Positions 31,431-38,529 of a stretch of DNA of 39,328 nt are shown piece by piece. The translations under genes were made by a program, and so were the position numbers. Every line of letters begins with the position of its first letter. Within the stretch, counting starts at the first letter, position 1. Location: assembly GCA_036374055.1 (NCBI GenBank), contig DASUUN010000078.1:1-39328 (forward strand), written 5' to 3'. Source of the stretch: Burkholderiales bacterium. Lineage in GTDB: Bacteria; Pseudomonadota; Gammaproteobacteria; Burkholderiales; SG8-39. The notes under the pieces were generated by a model, which was not told where the DNA came from, ran no database searches, and saw nothing but the letters and a program-made list of their open reading frames with translations.

Positions 31431-32092
31431 GTGGCGCCGTCGCGCGCACGGCCGCTGAAGGGCGCCGGAGTTTCCATGGCGAGCTGCATCGGGCGGCACA
31501 CGCTGTGCGTGCGCTCCGCGCGCGGCGGGAGCGAGAAGCGCCGCTCCCCGGCGCGATACGCCACTCGCTCGCCCGATCGGTTGCGCACCGTGAAGGTGAT
31601 CGCAGCGCTTTTCGGCCGGCCGAACATCTGCACCCCGTAATAGCGGCCGCTCGCGCTTTGGGCGATGCCGACGCCGACCTGACTCACCGCCGGGTCCACC
31701 ATGGCCTCGCGGTGCTCCGGGGACTGCTTCCAGCCTTCCACCATCTCGCGCGCCAGGGTGGGCGCGTCGTAGCCCTGCGAGCGGTAGAGGTAGGCGATGT
31801 TTTCCGACACGATGCACGCCTCGTAGCCCTGCGCCGCCGCGCGCTGCGCCGGCCTTCGGCCGTCGGCGGTATGGGAGTATTTGCCGCTTTCGGCCATGAA
31901 GCGCGCGAACTCGCGCGCGGCCGCCCGGAGCTCGGCGTTCGGCTGCACCGGCTCCAGCCCCTGCGCCTTTCGGAACGCATTGGTTCGCTCCGCCACCCCC
32001 TTTGCCGCCTGCTCGACATCGGCGGCAATCGCGTACGCCACGCCGCAGGCGAGCAGCATGGCGACGGTGAAGGCCGTGTCACGCTGGCTCAT
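31388..32092 (-). CDS. CAP/SCP (PR-1-like, YkwD-type) domain protein with C-terminal extension
   Basis: N-terminal hydrophobic segment, then TNAFRKAQGL...GKYSHTADGR...ENIAY...GWKQSPEHREAM...GVGIA, which is typical of CAP domains. ATGA overlap with the upstream DUF748 gene. Confidence 0.7.
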   Translation of the reverse strand: MSQRDTAFTVAMLLACGVAYAIAADVEQAAKGVAERTNAFRKAQGLEPVQPNAELRAAAREFARFMAESGKYSHTADGRRPAQRAAAQGYEACIVSENIAYLYRSQGYDAPTLAREMVEGWKQSPEHREAMVDPAVSQVGVGIAQSASGRYYGVQMFGRPKSAAITFTVRNRSGERVAYRAGERRFSLPPRAERTHSVCRPMQLAMETPAPFSGRARDGATYLVRGGGRVDVVP

Positions 32093-35000
32093 CGCGTGCC
32101 GCCCGCGGCGGCGCTGCGGCCGGTGTCCAGCGCCAGCACCGTGGGGACGCCTTCCTTTCCGGCTTCGCGGCTGTCCGGTGCATCCAGCCGCACGCGCGAG
32201 GGCTCCACACCGTGCGAAAGGAGCGCGGCGCGCACCGTCTCGGCGCGGGCGCGGGCGAGCGTCTCGACGCTTTGCGCATCGACCTGCAGCGTGCCGGCCA
32301 GCGCCTGGAGGAGCGCGCGCGGATAGCGCGGCTCCTTCTCGCGCAGCTCGAGCATCTGCAGCCGGTTGCCGACGCGCTCAAGGTACAGACGCTCCGCCGC
32401 CTGCAGCACCTTGGGATCGGTGAAATCGAGCGGCCCCCGCCCTTCGACGCCCGCGCGCTGCGCGATTGCGCGCCTTGCGGTATCGCGGCGCAGCGCCTCG
32501 AGGTCGGCCTGCGGGTCGTAGCCTCCTTGCACCGCGATGTCGAGCCGCGGGCGCTCCGCGAGCGCCTTGGCCACCTGCGCCACCGTTTCCTCCGCGGGCG
32601 GGGTAAGCGAAGCCGAGCCGGGCGCGAAAGCCACGCGGTCCAGGTTTTCGCCGCCCTTGCCGAAAACGCCGGCGAGGACGCGAAACGGCGCGGAGGCGAT
32701 CTTGCCGACCACGTTGCCCAGCGCGCGTGCGATCAGGCCGCCGAAATCGAACTGCGGGTCGTTCAGGTCGCCGCTCACCGGAATGTCGAGGTTGATCCGC
32801 CCCTTGGCATCGGCGAGCAGCGCCACCACCAGCTCGAGCGGCAGGTCGCGCACGCCGGCGCCGCGCACCTTGTCGCCAAGCTGCAGCTTCTCGAAGGTGA
32901 GATCGTTCTCCCCCACGAGACGCCCCTGGCGCACGCGGTAGCGCAGCTCGGCTGAAACGCGCCCCGACTCCACGCGGTACCCCGCGAAGCGCACGACGTA
33001 CGGGGTGAGCGCCGCGAGATCGAGGTTGCGAAAATTGGCGCGGATGTTGGTAAGCGAGGTCGGCTGGTCGAGATTCACCGTGCCGCCGATGCGCGCGGCG
33101 CCGTAGTCGCCCACGCGGCCCGAAAGCTGCACCCGCGCCGGATTGCCTGGCTCGGTGCTGAACCCGGTGACGGTCCCGGAGAGCTCGGCCACCGTGACGG
33201 CGAAGTCGTTCTCGAGCGAGCGGTCCGCAAAATCCAGCGTGCCGTTCTCGATGCGCAGCCGGCGCACGGCTACCTGCGTCTTCGGCGCATCGTCAGCGCC
33301 CTTCTTGTCGCTGCTCACGACCGCGGCGAAGTTGAGCTGGCCCGTCTCCTCGATTACCAGGCGCCCGGCCGGGGCGCGGGCCACCACTTCGCCGAGCTGC
33401 GCTCGGAAGGGGTCGAGCGAGAGCGCCGCCTCGTCGGTCCGCAGGCTCTCCCAGGCGAGCAGCAGGTCGCCGGAGGCGCGCTCCTCGATGCGCGCATCGC
33501 GCACGGCAAGCGATCCCTCGTAGCGCGCGCCTGCTTCATCCCACACGACTTGCCCGTCGACGGCAAGCCGCCCGGATACGATGTTGAGCGCCACGCTTTC
33601 GGGAAGCCAGCGGTTGGCTTGCGCGAGCGGCACGCCCTCGGCGTGCACCTGGAGGGCGGCGGCGAAAGGCTGGGTCGCTATCGTTCCGCTCGCGCGCACC
33701 GGTATCGGCTCCTCATCCGGCAGCACCACGTTGGCGTTGCGCAGCTCGATGCGCGCCGGCTCATCCTGCGTGGTGCTGAAGCCGGCAACTTCACCCTCTA
33801 TATCGCGCACCGCGAGCGCGACTTCGGGATGAGAAAGCTGCAGCGCGCCGCGTTCCACACGCAGCCGCTCCACCGACACCGGGGGGCGAGCTTCGCTTCG
33901 CGCCTCGCCGCCTGTCCCGTCCAACACAAGCCGGCCGGTCGGCGCCTGGGCGAGGACCTCGCCGAGCTCCGCGCGAAACGGTGCGAAGGACAAGGCCGCC
34001 TGGCCGGTCTCCAGATTGTCCCAGGCGACCAGCAGCTCACCCGAGCCGCGTTCTTCCAGGCGCGCCTCGCGCAGCGCGAGCGCACCCTCGTAGCGCGCGC
34101 CCTGCGCTTCGATGGCGAGACGGCCATCGGCATCCAGCCGGCCCGAGGCGACTTGCACGCCCGCGTCCTCCGGCAGCCAGGGATTGGCCTGCGCAAGCGG
34201 CAGCCCTTCGGCCTGCGCCTGCAAGTCGGCCGAAAAGGGGGCGATGCCGATGCGGCCCGACGCATGGATCGTCCCCTCGGGGGCGACGCGCGCCGTGGCG
34301 CTCGCCTCGAACGGCGCTTCCACCGGTAGGGCGATGCGAGGCGCCCGCAGCACGAGTTGCGAGAGCTCGACGCCGGCGTGCGCGAGGCGCGTGCCCTCGA
34401 GCGTCACCTCGCTCAACACGAGCTGCTCCCCGTCGTAAGCGTACGCGGCCGAGCCGCGGATCTGACCGCTGCCCGGCTCGCTCGCCGGCGCGGCGAGCGA
34501 CCAGACGGTCTCGAGCGCGACATCGGCGATGCTCAGCTTTCCCTGCGCCGACAGCGGATCGAGCGCGAGGCTGCCCTCGGACGACAAGGCGCCGCCCTGC
34601 GCGGTGCGCGCCTGCAGCTCATAGCGACCGCGCTCTCCTTGCCGGGTGGACAGGCCGTCGGCCCGAAGCTCGATCGCCTCGAAGCGAATCTCCACCGGCG
34701 CGGCGCGCGAGCGGTCGACAAAGCGCAGGGCGCCGCCCTGGACGGTAAGCTGCTCGATCAGCCAGGCAAGCCGCGGCTCGGCCGCCTCGCCGGCGCTGGC
34801 GTTGCGCGCCGCCGGCCAGTTCAGCTCGCCCTGCGGACCGAGCTCGACCTCGGCCCAGGGCTCGTGCAGCGCCGCCGCCTGCAGGCGCCAGGCATCGCTC
34901 CAGAGCGACGACCATGCGAGGTCGGCGCCGAAGCGCTGCGCGCGGGCGAGCTCGCGCCCGTCTGCGAGCACGCGCGCACCGTCCACCGAGAGGGTGAGGG

Positions 35001-35166
35001 AAAAAGGATTGGTGCGGACTTCGCCTAGCTCGAGCGCCAGCCCCAGCCGCGCGGCCCGCTCGATGAGCGCGTCGCGCACGAAACGCGGCGCAAGCCAGTA
35101 GCCGGCGGCCGCGTAGAGGACGATGGCAAGCCCGGCAATCGCCGCAGCGAGCAGGGCTTTGCGCAT
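32089..35166 (-). CDS. large envelope protein, DUF748/AsmA-like with internal domain duplication
   Basis: ATG 35166 (MRKALLAAAIAGLAIVLYAAAGYWLAP, an N-terminal anchor). Repeated blocks GLPLAQANPWLPE...GARYEGALALREARLEE are typical of DUF748 proteins as I recall them. Confidence 0.65.
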   Translation of the reverse strand: MRKALLAAAIAGLAIVLYAAAGYWLAPRFVRDALIERAARLGLALELGEVRTNPFSLTLSVDGARVLADGRELARAQRFGADLAWSSLWSDAWRLQAAALHEPWAEVELGPQGELNWPAARNASAGEAAEPRLAWLIEQLTVQGGALRFVDRSRAAPVEIRFEAIELRADGLSTRQGERGRYELQARTAQGGALSSEGSLALDPLSAQGKLSIADVALETVWSLAAPASEPGSGQIRGSAAYAYDGEQLVLSEVTLEGTRLAHAGVELSQLVLRAPRIALPVEAPFEASATARVAPEGTIHASGRIGIAPFSADLQAQAEGLPLAQANPWLPEDAGVQVASGRLDADGRLAIEAQGARYEGALALREARLEERGSGELLVAWDNLETGQAALSFAPFRAELGEVLAQAPTGRLVLDGTGGEARSEARPPVSVERLRVERGALQLSHPEVALAVRDIEGEVAGFSTTQDEPARIELRNANVVLPDEEPIPVRASGTIATQPFAAALQVHAEGVPLAQANRWLPESVALNIVSGRLAVDGQVVWDEAGARYEGSLAVRDARIEERASGDLLLAWESLRTDEAALSLDPFRAQLGEVVARAPAGRLVIEETGQLNFAAVVSSDKKGADDAPKTQVAVRRLRIENGTLDFADRSLENDFAVTVAELSGTVTGFSTEPGNPARVQLSGRVGDYGAARIGGTVNLDQPTSLTNIRANFRNLDLAALTPYVVRFAGYRVESGRVSAELRYRVRQGRLVGENDLTFEKLQLGDKVRGAGVRDLPLELVVALLADAKGRINLDIPVSGDLNDPQFDFGGLIARALGNVVGKIASAPFRVLAGVFGKGGENLDRVAFAPGSASLTPPAEETVAQVAKALAERPRLDIAVQGGYDPQADLEALRRDTARRAIAQRAGVEGRGPLDFTDPKVLQAAERLYLERVGNRLQMLELREKEPRYPRALLQALAGTLQVDAQSVETLARARAETVRAALLSHGVEPSRVRLDAPDSREAGKEGVPTVLALDTGRSAAAGGTR
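33151..34290 (-). repeat. in-frame tandem duplication (2 x ~570 nt, ~190 aa units) within the DUF748 gene
   Basis: Residues ~293-482 and ~483-672 align. For example FSADLQAQAEGLPLAQANPWLPEDAG pairs with FAAALQVHAEGVPLAQANRWLPESVA, and GARYEGALALREARLEERGSGELLVAWDNL pairs with GARYEGSLAVRDARIEERASGDLLLAWESL. Confidence 0.75.
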
Positions 35167-35431
35167 TACTGCTTTCTTGCGAGCGCCCGCGCAAGCTCCT
35201 TCTTGCTCATCCCCGAGCGTCCGGCGTGTCGGGAAGCTTCTGTCGGCCAGGCATGAAGTTCTCCTTTCACGCCTTTTGCAAACAAAGTTCGTGCCTGAAC
35301 CCAGGCCGTTCTTTGCATTCGGGCGTCGCTCTGCGCGCGGCACGCGTCCCGGGAGGGAAATCGGTGCAACGGCCCGCTGTAAGAAAGTCGCGCGCCTTCG
35401 GCGGCAGGCGCGCTCTCGCTGCGCAGCAGCC

Positions 35432-35447
35432 GGGCACGCTGTCTGCT
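35432..35447 (+). promoter_or_regulatory. sigma-54-type promoter GGGCACGCTGTCTGCT for PRC-barrel gene 35491
   Basis: GGCACG-N4-CTGCT. The predicted TSS is near 35458, giving a 33-nt leader with an AAAGGAA RBS. Confidence 0.65.
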
Positions 35448-35490
35448 CTCAGGAGAGTCTGCGGTTTACCCTCGTTAAAAGGAACTCATT

Positions 35491-36225
35491 ATGAAATTCG
35501 CCAAGCCATTCCTCATCAGCTTCTCGCTGCTCGCCTTTGCCGGCGCCGCCCAGGCACAGAGCGGTCAGCAGCAAGGCGCGCGGCAACAGCTAGGCGTGCA
35601 GCAGCAATCGCAGCAAAAGGGCGAGATGCGCACGAGCGAGCTGATCGGCCAGAAGGTGAAGGACAGCCAGGGCAAGGAGCTCGGCGAGATCAAGGACGTG
35701 GTGCTCGACTTGCAGGGCGGCAAGGTGCACGCCGCGGTGCTCGAGTTCGGCGGCTTCATGGGCGTCGGCGAGAAGAACTTCGCCTTCCCCCTCCGCCAGC
35801 TCGAGCCCGGCGGCGAGCAGGGGCAGCTGACGATGAACATCGACAAGCAGAAGCTCGAGAACGCCGAGGGCTTCGCGCAGGGCCAGTGGCCGGCGATGGA
35901 TGACGAGTACTGGGGCCGCATCGGCGGCCAGGCGAGCACCGGCGAGACCCGGCCGCAGGGCGAGCCGCAGCGCAAGGTGCTGGTGCGGGCGAGCGAGCTC
36001 GACGGCAAGACGGTGCAGGACAACAGCGGCCAGGACGTCGGCGAGATCCGCCACGTGATGGTCGACATGAAGAGCGGCCAGCTGCGCGACATCGTCGTCG
36101 ACGTGAAAGACGCCGGCCAGGCACGCGTGCAGGCGAGCTCGCTCTCCATAGGTACCGGCGACAAGCTGGTGCTCGACATGGACGCCGGGCAGCTCAAGCG
36201 CCAGGGCGGCGGCAACCGTCAGTAA
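35491..36225 (+). CDS. secreted PRC-barrel protein (2 barrels), paralogue of 27937 without EF-hands
   Basis: Signal peptide MKFAKPFLISFSLLAFAGAAQA. Barrel units LIGQKVKDSQGKELGEIKDVVLDLQGGKVHAAVLEFGGFMGVGEKNFAF and LDGKTVQDNSGQDVGEIRHVMVDMKSGQLRDIVV. Confidence 0.8.
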   Translation: MKFAKPFLISFSLLAFAGAAQAQSGQQQGARQQLGVQQQSQQKGEMRTSELIGQKVKDSQGKELGEIKDVVLDLQGGKVHAAVLEFGGFMGVGEKNFAFPLRQLEPGGEQGQLTMNIDKQKLENAEGFAQGQWPAMDDEYWGRIGGQASTGETRPQGEPQRKVLVRASELDGKTVQDNSGQDVGEIRHVMVDMKSGQLRDIVVDVKDAGQARVQASSLSIGTGDKLVLDMDAGQLKRQGGGNRQ

Positions 36226-36237
36226 ATCCGCGCGCCG

Positions 36238-36831
36238 CTAGGCGAACGCCCGTGCGAGCCGCCGGCTCGGGTGCTCGAGCTCGGCGGCGCGCGCGCGGCT
36301 GAAGTACCAGACGCAGGCGATGGCCACCGCGATGTCGACGGCAAGCGGAGCCGCGAACGTCAGCTGCGCCATGGTGAGCAGGACTATCACGGCAAGCAGC
36401 CCCTTGCCGCCGCCGAAGACCAGCCAGCAGGCGAGGCCGTAAGCCGTCGCCGCCGCGATGGCGAGCGGCGGCGCCGCGTGGAGCCCGAGGCCGAGGCGCA
36501 GCTCGCCGAAGGGCGCGAAGGGCAGCTGCTGCGCGTGCAGGGCGAGATCGAGCAAGAGGTGCAGCACGATGGCGAGCGCAGCGGCCGCCCCCAGCGCGCG
36601 CCGGCGCAGCAGCCGCCCGACGAGCAGCCACGCCACGGCGGCGGCGAGCAGCAGGGAAACCACCGAATGGGAGTAGGGCATGCCCATGCCCGCACCTTCG
36701 ATGCCGGCGAAGCCCAGGCCCACCCAGGCGATCGCCGGCAGCTCGGCCGCAAGGAGAATCCATCCCATGCGTGCCTCCGGATAGCGCCGCTTCACGAGCA
36801 GCGCGGTTGCCGCGTGGCTTATGGCCAGCAT
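36238..36831 (-). CDS. integral membrane protein, possibly YdjM/DUF457-type metal-dependent hydrolase
   Basis: Five to six hydrophobic helices. His-containing motifs SHAATALL, YSHSVV and HLLLD resemble the family. Confidence 0.5.
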   Translation of the reverse strand: MLAISHAATALLVKRRYPEARMGWILLAAELPAIAWVGLGFAGIEGAGMGMPYSHSVVSLLLAAAVAWLLVGRLLRRRALGAAAALAIVLHLLLDLALHAQQLPFAPFGELRLGLGLHAAPPLAIAAATAYGLACWLVFGGGKGLLAVIVLLTMAQLTFAAPLAVDIAVAIACVWYFSRARAAELEHPSRRLARAFA

Positions 36832-36873
36832 TCTTCTCTCCCTTCCCCGCGCGTGCAGTCTGCAGGAGACCGG

Positions 36874-36890
36874 CTTAAGGACGACTTAAC
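36874..36890 (-). promoter_or_regulatory. PmrA/QseB-type box CTTAAG-GACGA-CTTAAC in a divergent intergenic region
   Basis: On the minus strand the order is box, 11 nt, CAGACT, then a 25-nt leader with GGGAGAG before ATG 36831. Confidence 0.6.
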
Positions 36891-36955
36891 GCCCGGCGCG
36901 ACGCAACACCGTGCTTTTGCAAGGATTCCTCCCGATGGCCGGTGAAACGCCGGCA

Positions 36956-36971
36956 GGGCCTGAACTTTGCA
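36956..36971 (+). promoter_or_regulatory. sigma-54-like promoter GGGCCTGAACTTTGCA for the chalcone-isomerase-like gene
   Basis: GG-N10-GC spacing with a perfect TTGCA. ATG 36983 lies exactly 13 nt after the -12 C. Confidence 0.45.
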
Positions 36972-36982
36972 GCGCCAGGGGC

Positions 36983-37474
36983 ATGAAGCTCAGCGCCGTT
37001 CTACTCGCGGTCTTCGCCGCCACGGCATCGGCCGACCCGGCGCTGCAGCCCGCAGCCTGCGGGGTGCGCAACACGCTCTGGATCCAGCACTACGCCGCCC
37101 GGCTGTATGTCCCCGCCGGCACCTCCATCGAGGCGCTCAGCGATCCGGCGAAGCCGAAGATGCTGAGGATGCGCATGCTCAACACGTTTCTCATGCCGCC
37201 CGAGATCCCGCGCAAGTGGCGCGAGGCGCTGCAGCCGGTGCTCGACCCGGATGCCATGAAGCGGCTGCAGGCGGGCTATGACGGATTGCGCGACGGCGAT
37301 AGCGTCGTCGTCACCTACCAGCCGCAGAAGGGCATCGCGCTCAGCATCAACGATCGCACGGTGGCAACCGCCAAGGGGCACGCGGCGATCGACGCGCTGC
37401 TTGCCGCATGGGCGGACGACGCGCCGCTCGAGCAGAAGCTGGCCGGCACCGCCTCGCGGAACCGCTGCGCCTGA
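36983..37474 (+). CDS. secreted chalcone-isomerase-like (Chalcone_3) family protein
   Basis: Signal peptide MKLSAVLLAVFAATASA. The HYAARLYVPAG...KMLRMRMLNTF pattern resembles the bacterial CHI-like family. Confidence 0.5.
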   Translation: MKLSAVLLAVFAATASADPALQPAACGVRNTLWIQHYAARLYVPAGTSIEALSDPAKPKMLRMRMLNTFLMPPEIPRKWREALQPVLDPDAMKRLQAGYDGLRDGDSVVVTYQPQKGIALSINDRTVATAKGHAAIDALLAAWADDAPLEQKLAGTASRNRCA

Positions 37475-37477
37475 CGC

Positions 37478-38386
37478 TCAGGCTTCGCTGCGCGGCACGA
37501 CGTTGCCGAAGGGCACCGCGTACCTGCGCAGGAAGCGCTCCACCGCCGGCACCCAGTAGCGCGCGCCGGCGCCGCTGAAGATGTAGTGGCCGTTGTCGCT
37601 GAAGGGGGGCTGCAGGACGTAGTGCGCCGGAGCGCCGCCGGCGTTGAAGCGCTCGAACCACAGCTGCGAAGTGGTGGCGTTGAAGTACAGATCGTTGGCG
37701 GCGTAATGGAACAGCACCGGCACCTTGACCTGCCGGCCGAGGTCGGAAAACACCTTGGCGAGCGGCTCGACCGCGCACGGCACCCCGGGATGGCTCACCG
37801 GATCGCCGCCGCGCCCGGCGGCGAAGGCGAGCACCGCGACCAGGCCCTTGGGCGCACGCGTGCCGGCGGCGAACAGCGACGCCACTCCGCCGGCCGATTG
37901 CCCGGCGAGGATCATGCGGGAGGCGTCCACGTAAGGCAGCCGGCGCGCGAAGTCGTAGGCCGCCATGATGTCGTCCGCGGCGGCGGCTTCGCCCCGCAGG
38001 TAGTTCGGGTTGCCGCACGAGCCGGCGTCTTCGGCGAACCAGCCGCCGGTGGCGCCGAAGCCGCGCCGCAGCGGCATGATCACGGCGTAGCCGCGCTCCG
38101 CGAACACTTCCGCCGCGGGCCTGAGCAGCGCGGCCGATTCCCGCTCGCGCTCGCGCGCAGTCAGCGGCACGCCGTGGTTCAGCACGATCGCGCCGAACGG
38201 ACCCGGGCCCGCCGGCCGCAGGATGGTCGTGGCAATCGTGTAGCGGCCCCCGAGCGCCGGGATCCGGATGTGCTCCTCGACCAGCCGCACGCCGTCGTCG
38301 CTGACGTAGTTGGGAAGCCGTCCCGCGTCGCTGGCGGGCCAGGACAGCAGCAGGACGATCGCGACCAGCAAGCCCTTCGTACCCAT
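37478..38386 (-). CDS. secreted alpha/beta hydrolase (dienelactone hydrolase-like)
   Basis: Signal-like MGTKGLLVAIVLLLSWPASDA and nucleophile elbow GQSAGG. Overall DLH-like order. An in-frame GTG at 38392 is the alternative start. Confidence 0.7.
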   Translation of the reverse strand: MGTKGLLVAIVLLLSWPASDAGRLPNYVSDDGVRLVEEHIRIPALGGRYTIATTILRPAGPGPFGAIVLNHGVPLTARERERESAALLRPAAEVFAERGYAVIMPLRRGFGATGGWFAEDAGSCGNPNYLRGEAAAADDIMAAYDFARRLPYVDASRMILAGQSAGGVASLFAAGTRAPKGLVAVLAFAAGRGGDPVSHPGVPCAVEPLAKVFSDLGRQVKVPVLFHYAANDLYFNATTSQLWFERFNAGGAPAHYVLQPPFSDNGHYIFSGAGARYWVPAVERFLRRYAVPFGNVVPRSEA

Positions 38387-38409
38387 CGCCACATACTGTA
38401 GCGCGAATC

Positions 38410-38426
38410 ATTAAGCCGGCCTTAAG
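38410..38426 (-). promoter_or_regulatory. PmrA/QseB-type box (minus strand CTTAAG-GCCGG-CTTAAT) upstream of the hydrolase gene
   Basis: On the minus strand the order is box, 9 nt, TACAGT, 8 nt, ATG 38386. Confidence 0.65.
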
Positions 38427-38492
38427 ACGGCTTGCCCACCTCCCGCGAGACGGCGATCGGGCTGTCGTAGGCGCGATCGGGCAGCCGGCCCA

Positions 38493-38528
38493 GGGCGCCC
38501 ATCACTTGCAGGCGTCAGCATGGCGCCC
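38493..38528 (-). terminator. hairpin immediately downstream of the 58-aa ORF
   Basis: GGGCGCCCAT (38493-38502) pairs with ATGGCGCCC (38520-38528) with one bulge and a 17-nt loop. It starts 2 nt after the stop. No U-tract. Confidence 0.4.
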
Positions 38529-38529
38529 G

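Noticed and set aside
35166-35369. 67-aa minus-strand ORF upstream of the DUF748 gene
   Set aside because: The central codons are A/T-rich at third positions, which is non-coding-like. Only the last 14 codons are considered, as a possible uORF.
35390-35413. Inverted repeat GCGCGCC-N10-GGCGCGC about 20 nt upstream of the -24 element of gene 35491, as a possible activator site
   Set aside because: It is too close to the promoter for a typical sigma-54 UAS, and it is not shared with the other promoters by eye. GC-rich palindromes are frequent in this DNA.
38427-38507. 26-aa minus-strand ORF (MGALGRLPDRAYDSPIAVSREVGKPS) between the 58-aa ORF and box 38410
   Set aside because: It is very short, has no RBS, and its start lies inside the hairpin stem that follows the 58-aa ORF. 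There is no way to support it from sequence alone.
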